Positions 23,201-36,026 of a stretch of DNA of 64,000 nt are shown in pieces. A program made the translations under genes and the position numbers. This DNA comes from Catajapyx aquilonaris (taxonomy: Eukaryota), in contig KZ538182.1 in assembly GCA_000934665.2 (NCBI GenBank), positions 1 through 64,000 on the forward strand, given 5' to 3'. How positions within the stretch are numbered: the stretch's first letter is position 1; the number at the start of each line of letters is the position of its first letter. The notes under the pieces are model-generated. The model ran no database searches, had not been told where the DNA came from, and saw only the letters and a program-made list of their open reading frames with translations.

Positions 23201-24652
23201 CTAATTATGGCCAATACATTTTTTTTGTGTGTGTCGTGTGTGCAAATCATTCCTTTGTGAGACGGAGTGGCGCCGCAAAGTTGCGGTCCCGGGTTCAATC
23301 CTCGCGGCCCGGGGTTATTCCCACCTTTATCCGTGCAGAGTTGGGCCATCTCTGGCTTCGTTTCGGGTGGGAATTTCCGCTAGACTAACCCACCCGGGGG
23401 AGTTCACAAAATGACCAAGCAACGACATTGCACTTGCACTTTGCACATCCCCTACTAATTACCCTTGGAGTAATTAAATACATATATGTATATCGCGCCA
23501 AACCCCCAAATGGTGGCAATCCACCCCCCATAGAAATGGCCTATCGGCCAGATAACGGGGTACAACTAAAAAATATTTAAAAAAAAAAAAAATCATTCCT
23601 TTGTACACGTACGTACTGCACGTGCAATCGAGGGGCGTTCACACGGCCAGAAAGTGGACCAGACCCGGTCCGCTTTTCCATAATATTCCAAATTGTGTCT
23701 CACTGCGCAGGTCAACGTTGATAAACTGGGCAACACTGACCCCTTGAAACCAATTGTCACTCGAAAAACGCCAGCGAAGCGACGATGAGTCCATCTCTGA
23801 CCGCAGGCCCAGAAAAAAAATGCGAGCGAAGCGAAGTTATAATTTTAGTCGCGCAATTTACAGTTGTATATTATTAGAAGCGGAGATGTTATTGCTATAG
23901 GAGGTTGCTAGTGGAGGAAATGGGCCGCGTTCGAAACTATATAATGTGATGCAACTATATATACTGACGATCGCAACTGCTATATATATATATATAGCGC
24001 AATGATGGATTGTTTACAATTGCGACTCCGGGGAAGTAATTTTTCGCAACAAACTCTCGTCGTGTCGAAACGTGCGAATATTTGACGCGTTTGACGTCAC
24101 AGTTGTTGCCGATTGATTCAATGCGTGCGAATAACTGCGGACAATAATAATTCATTGTTTGATCGGTATACGATATGGATTGTTCACCCCACAGCAACAA
24201 TCGGTGCCAATTTGGGGGGGGGGNGGAAGTGTGGACTAATGAGCAAAGGTTATGGCCCGTGTGACATGATGGGGTAGTGCGTTGCCTTTAATTGTTTTCT
24301 TGTATAGCAGCAGTGCACTGAGAGCAATAATAATAATTGTCTGCACACTCTGAATGAAATGCCTTTCCTTCCAATATAATGATCAGAAAGGGAAGTGCAA
24401 TTACCGGTCCATCAGGAGGCAGGGATGCTGCATGCGGGGGAGTGGTAGGTCCTGTGTGTGGCGACACATACCGACTGCTGTGGATATCCCGAGTGCCCTG
24501 CACGGAAGCTGCAGGGCCGCGGCCATCCTCTGGCAGCAGGTCACAGGTCGTCTGGACATGACCTGGGTCACCCCTCCAGCAGCAGACCCGGCCAGACTGG
24601 AGGCCCTGCTCTGCGGACGCTGCGTCGTCGTCGTGGTCTGCTGCTGCATCAT
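20238..24652 (-). CDS. TMEM72: Transmembrane protein 72-like. Exons 24652-24472, 21239-21176, 21114-20238; ~373 aa, 4 TM segments plus acidic tail
   Basis: Spliced product LPCRALGISTAV|VLLGVGVDLTYHGQHTWGTAAL|CSSILLFFLETAWVVTLFLQL...WKKSVLYGALGCFFLARPHRLWLCSGAGAMLVLLAIVH resembles TMEM72 as recalled (CRLLGITTAAVLIGVG...). Phases 1 and 2 are consistent; exact start Met uncertain. Confidence 0.75.
21890..22690. mobile_element. Cluster of nested or fragmentary non-autonomous DNA transposons, PIF/Harbinger-like; related pieces at ~23631, ~54870-55040, ~56110-56350
   Basis: Ends CCGTGTGAATGGCCCC (22251, 22438) and GGGGCCATTCACACGG (~22470) next to TA/TTA; internal AAGTGGACCGGGTCC repeated many times. 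Confidence 0.6.
23262..23410 (+). mobile_element. Degenerate tRNA-derived SINE remnant
   Basis: B-box-like GGTTCAATCCT at ~23292 preceded by GGAGTGGCGC; no intact cloverleaf or TSD recognised. Confidence 0.35.
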
Positions 24653-25028
24653 CGTGTACGTGCCGCACAACCGGCGTCGTCTGCTGCACGTACTCCACTG
24701 CTGCTGCTGTCTGTGTGTGCTGTGCACCTACGCTGTACAGTATGTGTCACAAGTGTGTATGGATGGGAATGCAGCACCCACCCCGATCCATGGGGGAAGG
24801 AAAGGGTGTGTACATGCGCCGAGACGTCTGCGTCGTAATAACAGGGGACGCCGGATTGGACCGGCCTCCGTGCCAAAAGACCGGGGCGGGAAATACCACA
24901 ACACTGCGTTGCATGTACCTGCACTATACTCTTGTAGTGTCGTAGCTATACAGCAGATGATGCAGCACTCTTTTCGAGTCTTCTTTTGGCAGATATATAC
25001 AGACGACTTCTCCATCGGAAATCCACAG

Positions 25029-25125
25029 TCTTATAATGGAACGGCTCTGTCCGTCTGTCTGTCCGTGGACAGGCATCAGGGCGGCCTCGAGCGACAACAA
25101 ACGGGTTTTCGGATTCATTGGGCCC
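25029..25125 (+). mobile_element. Short dispersed repeat, DINE-1/Helentron-like (copy 1)
   Basis: TCTTATA...AACGGCTCTGTCCGTCTGTCTGTCCGTGGACA...AACGGGTTTTCGGATTC; homologous to 52820-52929 (-) and 61868-61970 (+). The GTCY microsatellite is a DINE-1 hallmark. Confidence 0.6.
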
Positions 25126-25945
25126 TGCTGCTAAATCCATGCGGCCAACTTCAGGTGACCCCGCCACTTCCGGTTTATACCAGCAGGTTCACTCTATATC
25201 CGCCAAGTAATCGCTTTTCTTGGGTTATACTTGGCAACGGGAAATGAGACTGACAACATCCTATGTAATGCAGGATATTGTTGTTGTCCAATTTCCCTGG
25301 CAATGAGAAAAAGTCCACTCGAATGACGCTCACGTGATTTGCGCCAATCTCGTTGTAAACTGTCTCTCTCTTTTTCTTCAAAAATATATAAAGTGGGTGT
25401 GTACAGGTAGATATAATCACTGCGCTTATTTCCAACGCTACGCTTGAAGGGGGCCGACGTTTGCTACGTTGCCAAGGCTCTGGAACGAACCTTAGAGGCA
25501 ACCGCGGTGTGGCAACATTGTTGTCGAAACAATGGAGCTGCGCGAGTGTGAGTGCGCACTCGGTTGTCCTCGTTTAAAACAATCATCTGTAGTATATACG
25601 TGGAAAGCATTTTTCTTTCCCCTTAAACATTTAAGTGGAAGTATTTTCCACCTATGCATAAACCAATGGAAGAGCTGCGATCAAAAGACACGTTGAAGTG
25701 GGATGCAATAAGCGAAATGATTCGACGGAAACAATAAAGTTTCGCTTTATTGTCTTCATTGTTGGCATTATTGCGATGTCTGTTTTTTACTATCCATTCT
25801 CGGCCCGTATATCATCCGGAGAGAGTGGTGCAGCATCAGCAGCATCTCTTCCAGCAGCATCAAGAGAGAGTGTAGAGATCATCGATCTGCATGAGTATTA
25901 TTCCGGGCGTGGTCGTCGTCGTCGTCGTCGTCGTCTCTGCAGAGT

Positions 25946-25977
<32 letters not shown>

Positions 25978-26314
25978 CGTCGCGACGTCCCCTGAATTCC
26001 CAAAGAGCGTCCCAATTGTCAGTCCAAAATGCGCCCGCCTTATTCTTTACGCCTCGAGGGAACACTCGCTCGCCTCATATTATATGCCAATGGAAAGGGT
26101 GCTGACCCGCATAGTATAAGACACTACTCCTTCTCGTTTTATTATTGCCAGCATCGACCCCTTCGATGTATTGTTGCCATGGAGTTTGTTGTGCTTTGCC
26201 AACAATCGGTTTGCGTTGCCAGAGAGAGAGAGAGAGAGAGAGACGAACAATCGGGTTGGTGCCTCGTTTATTAGGAGGAGGGGAATCGGCCTGTCTCTGG
26301 TGCAGGTGAACACG

Positions 26315-29055
26315 ATGCTGCCTACCAAACATGTGGAGATCTCCCCCACCACTGTCGTCGTAAGTCTTGCTTATTTGCAGCATCCTTATAATTAATTAAT
26401 ACAACAATGCTAGTGGCTTGGTTCGACAGCGCTCAGTCTTCATTTCCCAGTATATAATTGCGGCGTGTGTAATGCCTGATGCTGCAAAGTCTGCTTCTGG
26501 TTATTCAGTGGCAATAATTATGAATAACTCGTCGTAACAGTATATAATAATATCTATGTGCAACTGCTCCCCCCATCAGCAAGTTCCGCATGAGAAGCGT
26601 CAACAATCTCGCGCTGGCCGTTCTCGCGGTTCGTCCGGACTCGACTCCAAATCATTCCTGAAGTTCATCCTGTACCGAGCGGAAGAAAAGACCAACTGGA
26701 TCTTCTGCTTTGTCAGCGCCATGCAGGTATCATAATATACCATTATTATTACTAATAATCCTATTGTGTAATAATGGCTCCTCTAATAATTTATAATTAT
26801 TGTGCTCCTGTGTTCCACCGACAATAATAAAAGTACTACGCGTACTTGGCCTACATCGTAACGAACGTGCTGGACCTGACCAAGCGATACTTTTGCTCCC
26901 CGAAAGAGTCGTCCTACTACTATCTGATCGGAGGATGCTTCTTCATCAAAGGCATGGTCATCTTTGTCCAATCCGTGATGGGAATCAGGTTCGTGCTTCT
27001 GCTGGACCCTCCTCTGTCCTGTCTTCTTCTTCTTCAATCGCGGTTTTGCTATAAACAAAGGGCCGTCGGTCGTCGTCATCTCCTTTAATAATATATAGGC
27101 TTCCCATGGCATCTGGCCCTTACATCGGTCAGGCGAGGGTGATGCTGCAGGCCGTGAACAACCAAGTGAACGGTCCTGGCAACACGCAGACCTGCAGCCA
27201 GCTGAGCTCCATGTCCAGGGTGGACAGGCAGAACAGGTTCCTCGACATGTTCGGCCACTACCAGGGATGCATCATCATCTGCGGAATCTTAGAAATCGGC
27301 ATGGGAGTACTAGGTCAGAGGGCTATCCTCATCATCATCATCATCATGTATGTATGTATGTATACTTGGACTCTCAAACTGACGATGACTCTTGTGCAGG
27401 CCTGGTCGGAGTGGTCCTGCAGCACATGTCCCCACTGGTCATCGGGGCAAACATCATGATCATCCCTTTCATAGCGGGCAAGGACGTCTGTCTCGCAATG
27501 GCCGAGAATTGGATCATCTCATTGATGTGAGTATACGTATATAATAGACCATCAGTCGCAACAAATAGCTTTTATCGTGTTTATGCGCGGTGCATTATGG
27601 CATATTATGGCATATCGTACTATAGAAGGGGAAAGTTCAAGACCTGTGCCCTATACAGCAAATTGCGAGCGAAGCGAGGGTTTTTTCGAGTTTTCTATAT
27701 AGGGCGCAGGGCTTGAAAGCCACTCGCTTCGCTCCCCCCTTTTTGTCAGGTCCTGCGGCCTATACGGTGGTTTTTCTGGTTTAATAATAAGCGTGTGATC
27801 AGGTAGCATATATATTACATAAAAGGCGCAAACTTCTGTCGGCGCCTTTGATGTTCACGGCCATGGCCATTTCGAAGTGTGTGGAACGCCAACGAGGTAT
27901 AAATAGGGTACAGGCAAAAATTGGGTCCGCCATCTTTGATGGTTTTGGCCGCCATGGCAACTACACGGCAAGAACACGCGAGAATCAAAGATGGCGGACC
28001 CTATCTTTGCCTGTACCCTATTTATACCTCGTTGGCGTTCCCCACGCTTCAAAATGGCATCCAGACTTGGCAACGACCCCAAACAGAGAGACGCGGAAAT
28101 CGAATGTTTGCGCCTCTTATGACGTAGTATATGCTCCCTGGTGTGATGAAGCGGGTAGCGTATATAATATATTGTCTTTTGTGTGTACGTGTGTCTGAAA
28201 ATGTCAGGACGATGTCGTTCCTGGGCTTCTTCTCCTTCGTGATGGGCAACCTTCGTCTGGTGGTTCCGTTCCACTCCAAGAGTGCTGGCTGGCACCTGAG
28301 GAGGTACTACTTCTTCCAGATATTCTCTGTGAGTATAGGGGCCGTGGTCCATCTCACGACCCCTTCCTCTCCATCATAATAATTATTATGTCATCTCCGC
28401 GTCGCAGTTCCACCTGACCCTGGCGATCATGCTGCCCGTCTGGTACCTGGTTGGACTCACCCTGTACCCGAACTCGATAACGGAGGAGGAAGAGCCCCAG
28501 GCCAGGCCCATCCCGGACGCCGACGACATCTGGTTCAAGACCCCTTCCCCGGGGTACTTTGGTCTCCCGAGGTTCGTGGGCGCGGGGTTCCTCCCGTCGC
28601 TGATCATCGCCCTGATGGAGAACACCTTCTACTCGGTGGGGGCCTACTACAACGTGGCTGCCGCGGCGGGGATGCCCAACCCTCCGGTGCACGCCTTCAA
28701 CCGGGCCTTCGCCATCAACGGGCTGTCCTCCGTGCTCGGGGGGATGTGGGGCAGCCTCGGGGGGATGGTCGGCTTCAGGCCCTCCGCGCCCTACATCGCC
28801 ATCACCAGGGTGGCCGCCAGGAGGGTCGGCTACTGCATCGGGCTCATGCTGATACTCGTGGCCCTCTCCCCTAGAATGGCCATGCTCGTGCTGGACCTCC
28901 CCAAGCCCATCCTGGCCTCCGTCGCCTGCATTCTCTACGCCATGACCGCCGTGCAGGGACTGGGCTACCTCAAGTACGTCGACCTCCACTGCAGGAGGAA
29001 CCAGCACATCATCGGAATCGTCTTCATCCTCTGTCTGGTCAGCTGCAGTATATTC

Positions 29056-29128
<73 letters not shown>

Positions 29129-30161
29129 GTCGCGCACACCTGCTGCAATCGTGTTGGGAGACCTCCTTCACTTGGTAGTTCGTTCCTACCTCTGCCAGGG
29201 AGCATATACTACAACATAAGAGGCGCAAACTTCTGTCGGCGCCTTTGATGTTCGCGTCTCTCTGTTTGGGGTCGTTGCCAAGGCTGGCGGCCATCTTGAA
29301 GTGTGGGGAACGCCAACGAGGTATAAATAGGGTACAGGCAAAAATAGGGTCCGCCATCTTTGATGATTGTGACGGCCATGCATGGCAACTACGACACGGC
29401 AAGAACACGCGCGAATCAAAGATGGCGGACCCTATTTTTGCCTGTACCCTATTCATACCTCGTTGGCGTTGCCCACACTTCAAGATGGCCGCCGGCCTTG
29501 GCAACGACCCCAAACAGAGAGACTCGGAAATCGAATGTTTGCGCCTCTTATATGTATAGTATATGCTCCCTGCCTCTGCACCGATCAGCTCTTTGTTATT
29601 ATTATAGCCACAGTGACACGTCACATGGAAATGGCGGTGTTCTTATTATCGGCTCATCCTCCATCTCCTCCATATGCTTGTATATATATATAGGGTGTGC
29701 CAGAGTGGATATCGAGCGACAAGGAGGCGCTGGCCAGCCTGAGCAGCCTGACCCAGTACCCGGAGGTGAACATGATCATAACGACGACCATCCAGTCGTC
29801 GCTGATGATGTCCCTCATCCTGGCCTACGTGCTGGACCTGACCGTCCCGGGCACGGACGAGGAGCGTGGGATGGTGATGTGGAGGGAGAAGAACACGGTC
29901 GGGGAGACCCTGGAGGAGCTGGTCCACTACAGCCCCTACGCCCTCCCCATCGGGATGAACTCGGTCCTGAGGAACTTCCAGATCACCTCCCGCCTGCCCG
30001 TCTGCCCCGTCTTCAACCCGGAGATCAGCCTGCTGGACGTCATCACCGTCTTCTGCCAGGTCTGCGCCAAGAAGTCCAAGGCCGCCGACATCATGAAGAA
30101 GAACAGGAAGGCCAACCTCAGTCTCGGAGGGGACGTCGGCATCGAGGACGTCACCGCCTAG
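26315..30161 (+). CDS. Divergent SLC23 / nucleobase-ascorbate transporter (NAT/NCS2). Exons 26315-26359, 26580-26726, 26834-26988, 27099-27313, 27400-27526, 28208-28328, 28408-29037, 29694-30161; 635 aa
   Basis: LYRAEEKTNWIFCFVSAMQ, FVQSVMGIRLPMASG, YQGCIIICGILEIGMGVLG, SPLVIG, ENTFYSVGAYY, PPVHAFNRAFAINGL, GLGYLKYVDLHCRRNQHIIG, VLDLTVPGTDEERG: the SLC23 motif order is intact. Confidence 0.9.
27800..28140. mobile_element. MITE family A, copy 1 (CAGG..CCTG ends, 7-bp TSD GTGTGAT), in an SLC23 intron
   Basis: TIR CAGG(G/T)AGCATATA...GGCGCAAAC; internal inverted repeat AATAGGGTACAGGCAAAAAT-GGGTCCGCCATCTTTGAT; TSD at 27793-27799 and 28141-28147. Confidence 0.9.
29057..29126. repeat. (AAT)n microsatellite in an SLC23 intron
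   Basis: About 23 ATA units; the poly-Ile/poly-Tyr ORFs here are artefacts. Confidence 0.95.
29196..29572. mobile_element. MITE family A, copy 2 (7-bp TSD CCTCTGC)
   Basis: CAGGGAGCATATACT...AGTATATGCTCCCTG; TSD at 29189-29195 and 29573-29579. Confidence 0.92.
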
Positions 30162-30366
30162 CCACATATACTACCTACGCGCCTCTCGTTTTATTATACC
30201 CGTCATCGCAAACATGTACATGTTCATCTGAAAATTATACACACACACACACGCCGTCACTCTCTGAGTCTCTTATTATTATTATTGGTTATTGCAGATG
30301 GGTCGATGTAAGAATGCAACCGAGTGCGCATCCCGCGTGCGCACGGGATGCATGAGAAGTCACGAT

Positions 30367-30926
30367 TAGGGCTGTGCGATATTTCGATATATCGACTGTG
30401 GATACGATATTTTCCTAATATCGAAGTTGCGATATCCGACGCTTGGCATGTTCGATGTATCGAATATCGCGATTTTTCGATGTCGGTTCGATGTCGGTTT
30501 TCGATCTTTTTCGATGTCGGTTTTTCGATTTTCGATATATCGACTTCAATTCGATATTTTTCGATGTCGGTTCGATTCGGTTTTCGATCTTTTTCGATGT
30601 CGGTTTTTCGATTTTAGATATATCGACTTCGATTCGATCTTTTTCGATGTCGGTTTTTCGATTTTCGATATATCGACTTCAATTCGATATTTTTCGATGT
30701 CGGTTCGATTCTGTTTTCGATCTTTTTCGATGTCGGTTTTTCGATTTTAGATATATCGACTTCGATTCGATCTTTTTCGATGTCGGTTTTTCGATTTTCG
30801 ATATATCGACTTCGATTCGATAATTTTCGATGTCGGTTCGATATTTTCTATGTCGGTTCGATGTCGGTTTTTCGATTTTCGATATATCGAAAGTAGATAT
30901 GTAATTTCGGATATCGCACAGCCCTA
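30367..30926. mobile_element. hAT-type non-autonomous element with an internal TCGA-rich tandem repeat
   Basis: TIR TAGGGCTGTGCGATAT / ATATCGCACAGCCCTA; 8-bp TSD GTCACGAT (30359-30366, 30927-30934); internal units TCGATGTCGGTTTTTCGATTTTCGATATATCGACTTC. Confidence 0.92.
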
Positions 30927-31444
30927 GTCACGATATATGAGCTGTTTTGGTGGGCTTCTCTGCGGCGTTGCCAGAGCCACTCAAAGGACAGCACATGGTG
31001 AACGTGGCAACATTGTGGCGCGAACTGGTGTGCGCACTCGGTTGCGCTCTTGACCGATCTGTAGTGTGTACAGGCATGTCGGGTGCAAGCACTCGCGGCA
31101 TGCCTGTACTTTATATGCACGATATGTGAACAACCGGGAGTGGGTTGCACACATATTGCATCTGCCCGTCGCTCGTTTCTTGTTGTTGCTGTCGTTCGTC
31201 GTTGGTCGTTGGGTGATCCGTGTGATCCACTGTCTGGCTGCTGCGTGGACCTTGTCTACTAGTTGCACAGGACAGCTGGTGAGGACACTGCGACCTGCAC
31301 GTGGTTGCCACAGCATGCTGCGTACAGTGCACCATAGGGCATGCACCGGTGTACACACCAACCTTATTAATTATTATTAATGTACATTTATTCCTGCTCG
31401 TTTCGTTGATGACCCTGCCTGTGAATGGCACAGGCGCACAGGGA

Positions 31445-33592
<2,148 letters not shown>

Positions 33593-34991
33593 CACCAGTT
33601 CCGCAAGTGAGGATCCATCCAGGTGATTCATGCGCGGTGTCGCACCTTACCTGAACTGTCCGCTGGGAAATTGCAAGAGGACAGCACACCCCCCCTGCCA
33701 CTGCGGGCCATTTGATGGCTGCGGTGGAACTTTGTGTCAATGTTTTTTCCACTCCAAATGTACAGTTCGCCTCTCCCTTTGTTACGAGGAAAAGTTGAAG
33801 TCACTCGCTTGCTGAATGCTTTGGATTGTTGACAGAAACTTTGACGTCTGATTTACACTGTGTCGCTCCTTTCCCAGTCTGTCTGTCAGGTCATTTTGGG
33901 CTGGCAAGTATTGGACTGCCTTCAGGGTATACAGTATTTACATGGAAATTTGGGCAATAAATGCAGTGGCACTAGCGGGCTAATTACTACGGATCACTAG
34001 CATAATAGGAGTAGCAATCCATCTAAACTGAAGCGCCAATTTGTCATGAACGCCAACTGAATTCCTTGGGAGTAAACTGGATTATGTGATATCCAATTCT
34101 GTTGCTGTAACCTCCACCTTGCTGGAGCTGTGCTTCACGGCACTTGTGCACCAGAGGGTTCAATGTGCGCATCTCTCTGAACTTTCTCCCCATGTAACGC
34201 CTGAGTATTCGTACTTTGCGCCACTCGGAGTATTTTCTTCTAATTTATTCGATTTATCCCATCTGCGGCTAAAGGTTGTTGGTCGGTTTTTAAGCAGCGC
34301 CAACAACCAGCAGCCAACATGTCATAATATTTTAAGTGGGTAAGGGTGTCTTCATTGTTGGATGCAAATTTCTTGAGTGTCTTTTTTTGGTTTTATTGGA
34401 AAAGGATGTTGGCAAGTAATTTTCATTGCCATTTTATAGCCTTCAATCTTCCTGTGATCATTTCGCATAATTGTACACTGTCCGCATTAATTCAACATCG
34501 GGTTGTTTGTGGGTTTAGTGTATAGTTTCGTTTCAGCCGAACGAAAGCAGACGTTTCCTGGAGTCTTGTCACTCAGCTGAATTACCATATGGCTTCATGG
34601 GAAAAACACACGTGTGTCGATATGTAAATATGTAAACATTGCGATTGGCGAGCTCAAGCGTAAAGTTGAAAAATTGTGATTTAGAAAAAGATTGCTTAGC
34701 AATTATGCAGTTTTGCACGTGTATAGTGAGAGTAAAAGTTGGTCTAACCTGACACTGGCCTATCATTTGCGCGCCTTATTTATTTTATCTCCATTTTAAA
34801 TGCGCAAGTTGTTATTGAATTATTGTAATTAATTACTTCATTCTGCAGGCAGGGGGGAAATAATGACTGCTACGTATGAATAAACACAGCACCGATTTAT
34901 TAGATGGTAATTTACGTTTGCATGTCACAGTTGTGTCTGATTATTGCTTACATTATGTTTAGCAAGAGGAGTAATAGTATAATTGCAGGGC

Positions 34992-35393
34992 TTATGACCC
35001 AGAGGAGGGAGGGTCAAACTCATCCTGGCACCGGTGGAACATGGGCTGAAATCGCCTGGTCCTTCCCGTGGGCTTAGGCAGTGAGTCCACGACGTTCCGG
35101 TAGTCCCTTGGCGCCTGAGGGTAGGTCTTTCGGAAGGCCGCCTTCAGCTGCAGGTGCTTGCAAGCGCTGTAGAGGGTGGAGGCTGGGACGTCGCTGAACC
35201 TGGCCACGTTCGTGTCCTCCTCCGACCTCTCCTCGTCCTCCCCGCCCCTGCATTCCAGCTTGGACATGATGGCATCCGACAGGGCGGCGTAGCTGCGCCT
35301 CAGCACAAACTCGAACCCGTCTGCCGAGACCAGCTTCACGTACTCACTCTCCGCTGCATCCTGGGACGGCTGCTCTGGTAGCGCCTCGGCCAT
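34992..35393 (-). CDS. Divergent Elongin C (SKP1/BTB-fold) paralog, 133 aa, lacking the canonical C-terminal helix
   Basis: EYVKLVSADGFEFVLRRSYAALSDAI...TNVARFSDVPASTLYSACKHLQLK aligns to Elongin C [25 protein letters not shown]...[23 protein letters not shown]. Probable 5'UTR intron 35469-35407; minus-strand AATAAA at 34901-34896. Confidence 0.8.
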   Translation of the reverse strand: MAEALPEQPSQDAAESEYVKLVSADGFEFVLRRSYAALSDAIMSKLECRGGEDEERSEEDTNVARFSDVPASTLYSACKHLQLKAAFRKTYPQAPRDYRNVVDSLPKPTGRTRRFQPMFHRCQDEFDPPSSGS

Positions 35394-36026
35394 CCTGCTC
35401 CCCCACCTGTCAGTCAGGAAACACTTATTGCCACATCCGACGCACTAGACTCAATCACACAGTAAGCACCTGTATTCCCTTCTGAGCAGGACGTTGGGTC
35501 GTCCAATGTTCTAATAATCTGAATAATGTTCTGAGCCTCCTTCCGACTGGTGTCCGTGGTTACCTCCTGTTTGTTGACACCCATTTTTGGCTAAGCCTGT
35601 GCGATGCCTATGCCGCCAGTACAGTAACTACAACATACTATGCGCAGGGTATAGTAATAATGATTCAGACTTGTACGTGTGGTAAACATTTATGTCATTT
35701 ATTCATTATATTTCAATTTTTTTCAGAGAGAGAGAGAGAGGAGGGGTGTTTGGTGAATAATTGATCTGGTCACTCGCAATGGACAGGGTGTATTGTTGGA
35801 AGAGAGGGCAACAATGTGGCGGGAGTGTGCAGCAGTGTGTATGGCAGCAGCAGCTTCATTCGCCTCCGTACAGTTCATTTAAAAACGTGGTGTTCCTTGG
35901 TAAATGCGGTCGTGAAACGACGAGCGTCCAACAATCATCACCTTCATGCTGCAACAAAAGGCACGAAACGCATTGTTGTGAATTGCCTCTCATGGCCCAC
36001 GGCAAGCCCACGGTAATTGCAACGTA

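Noticed and set aside
24354..25247. 297-aa plus-strand Cys-rich ORF
   Set aside because: Antisense to the TMEM72-like first exon and running through a dispersed repeat; no family motif.
25510..25570. Metal-response elements (TGCGCAC) at ~25554, ~31031 and ~56903
   Set aside because: Shared flanks (GGCAACATTGT, GCGCGA...GTGCGCACTCGGT) point to fragments of a dispersed repeat rather than independent regulatory sites.
29040..29205. Poly-Ile / poly-Tyr protein segments
   Set aside because: Translation of an intronic (AAT)n microsatellite.
30324..30900. Repetitive ORFs and CRISPR-like periodicity
   Set aside because: Tandem repeats without unique spacers, inside a hAT MITE in a eukaryotic genome; no cas genes.
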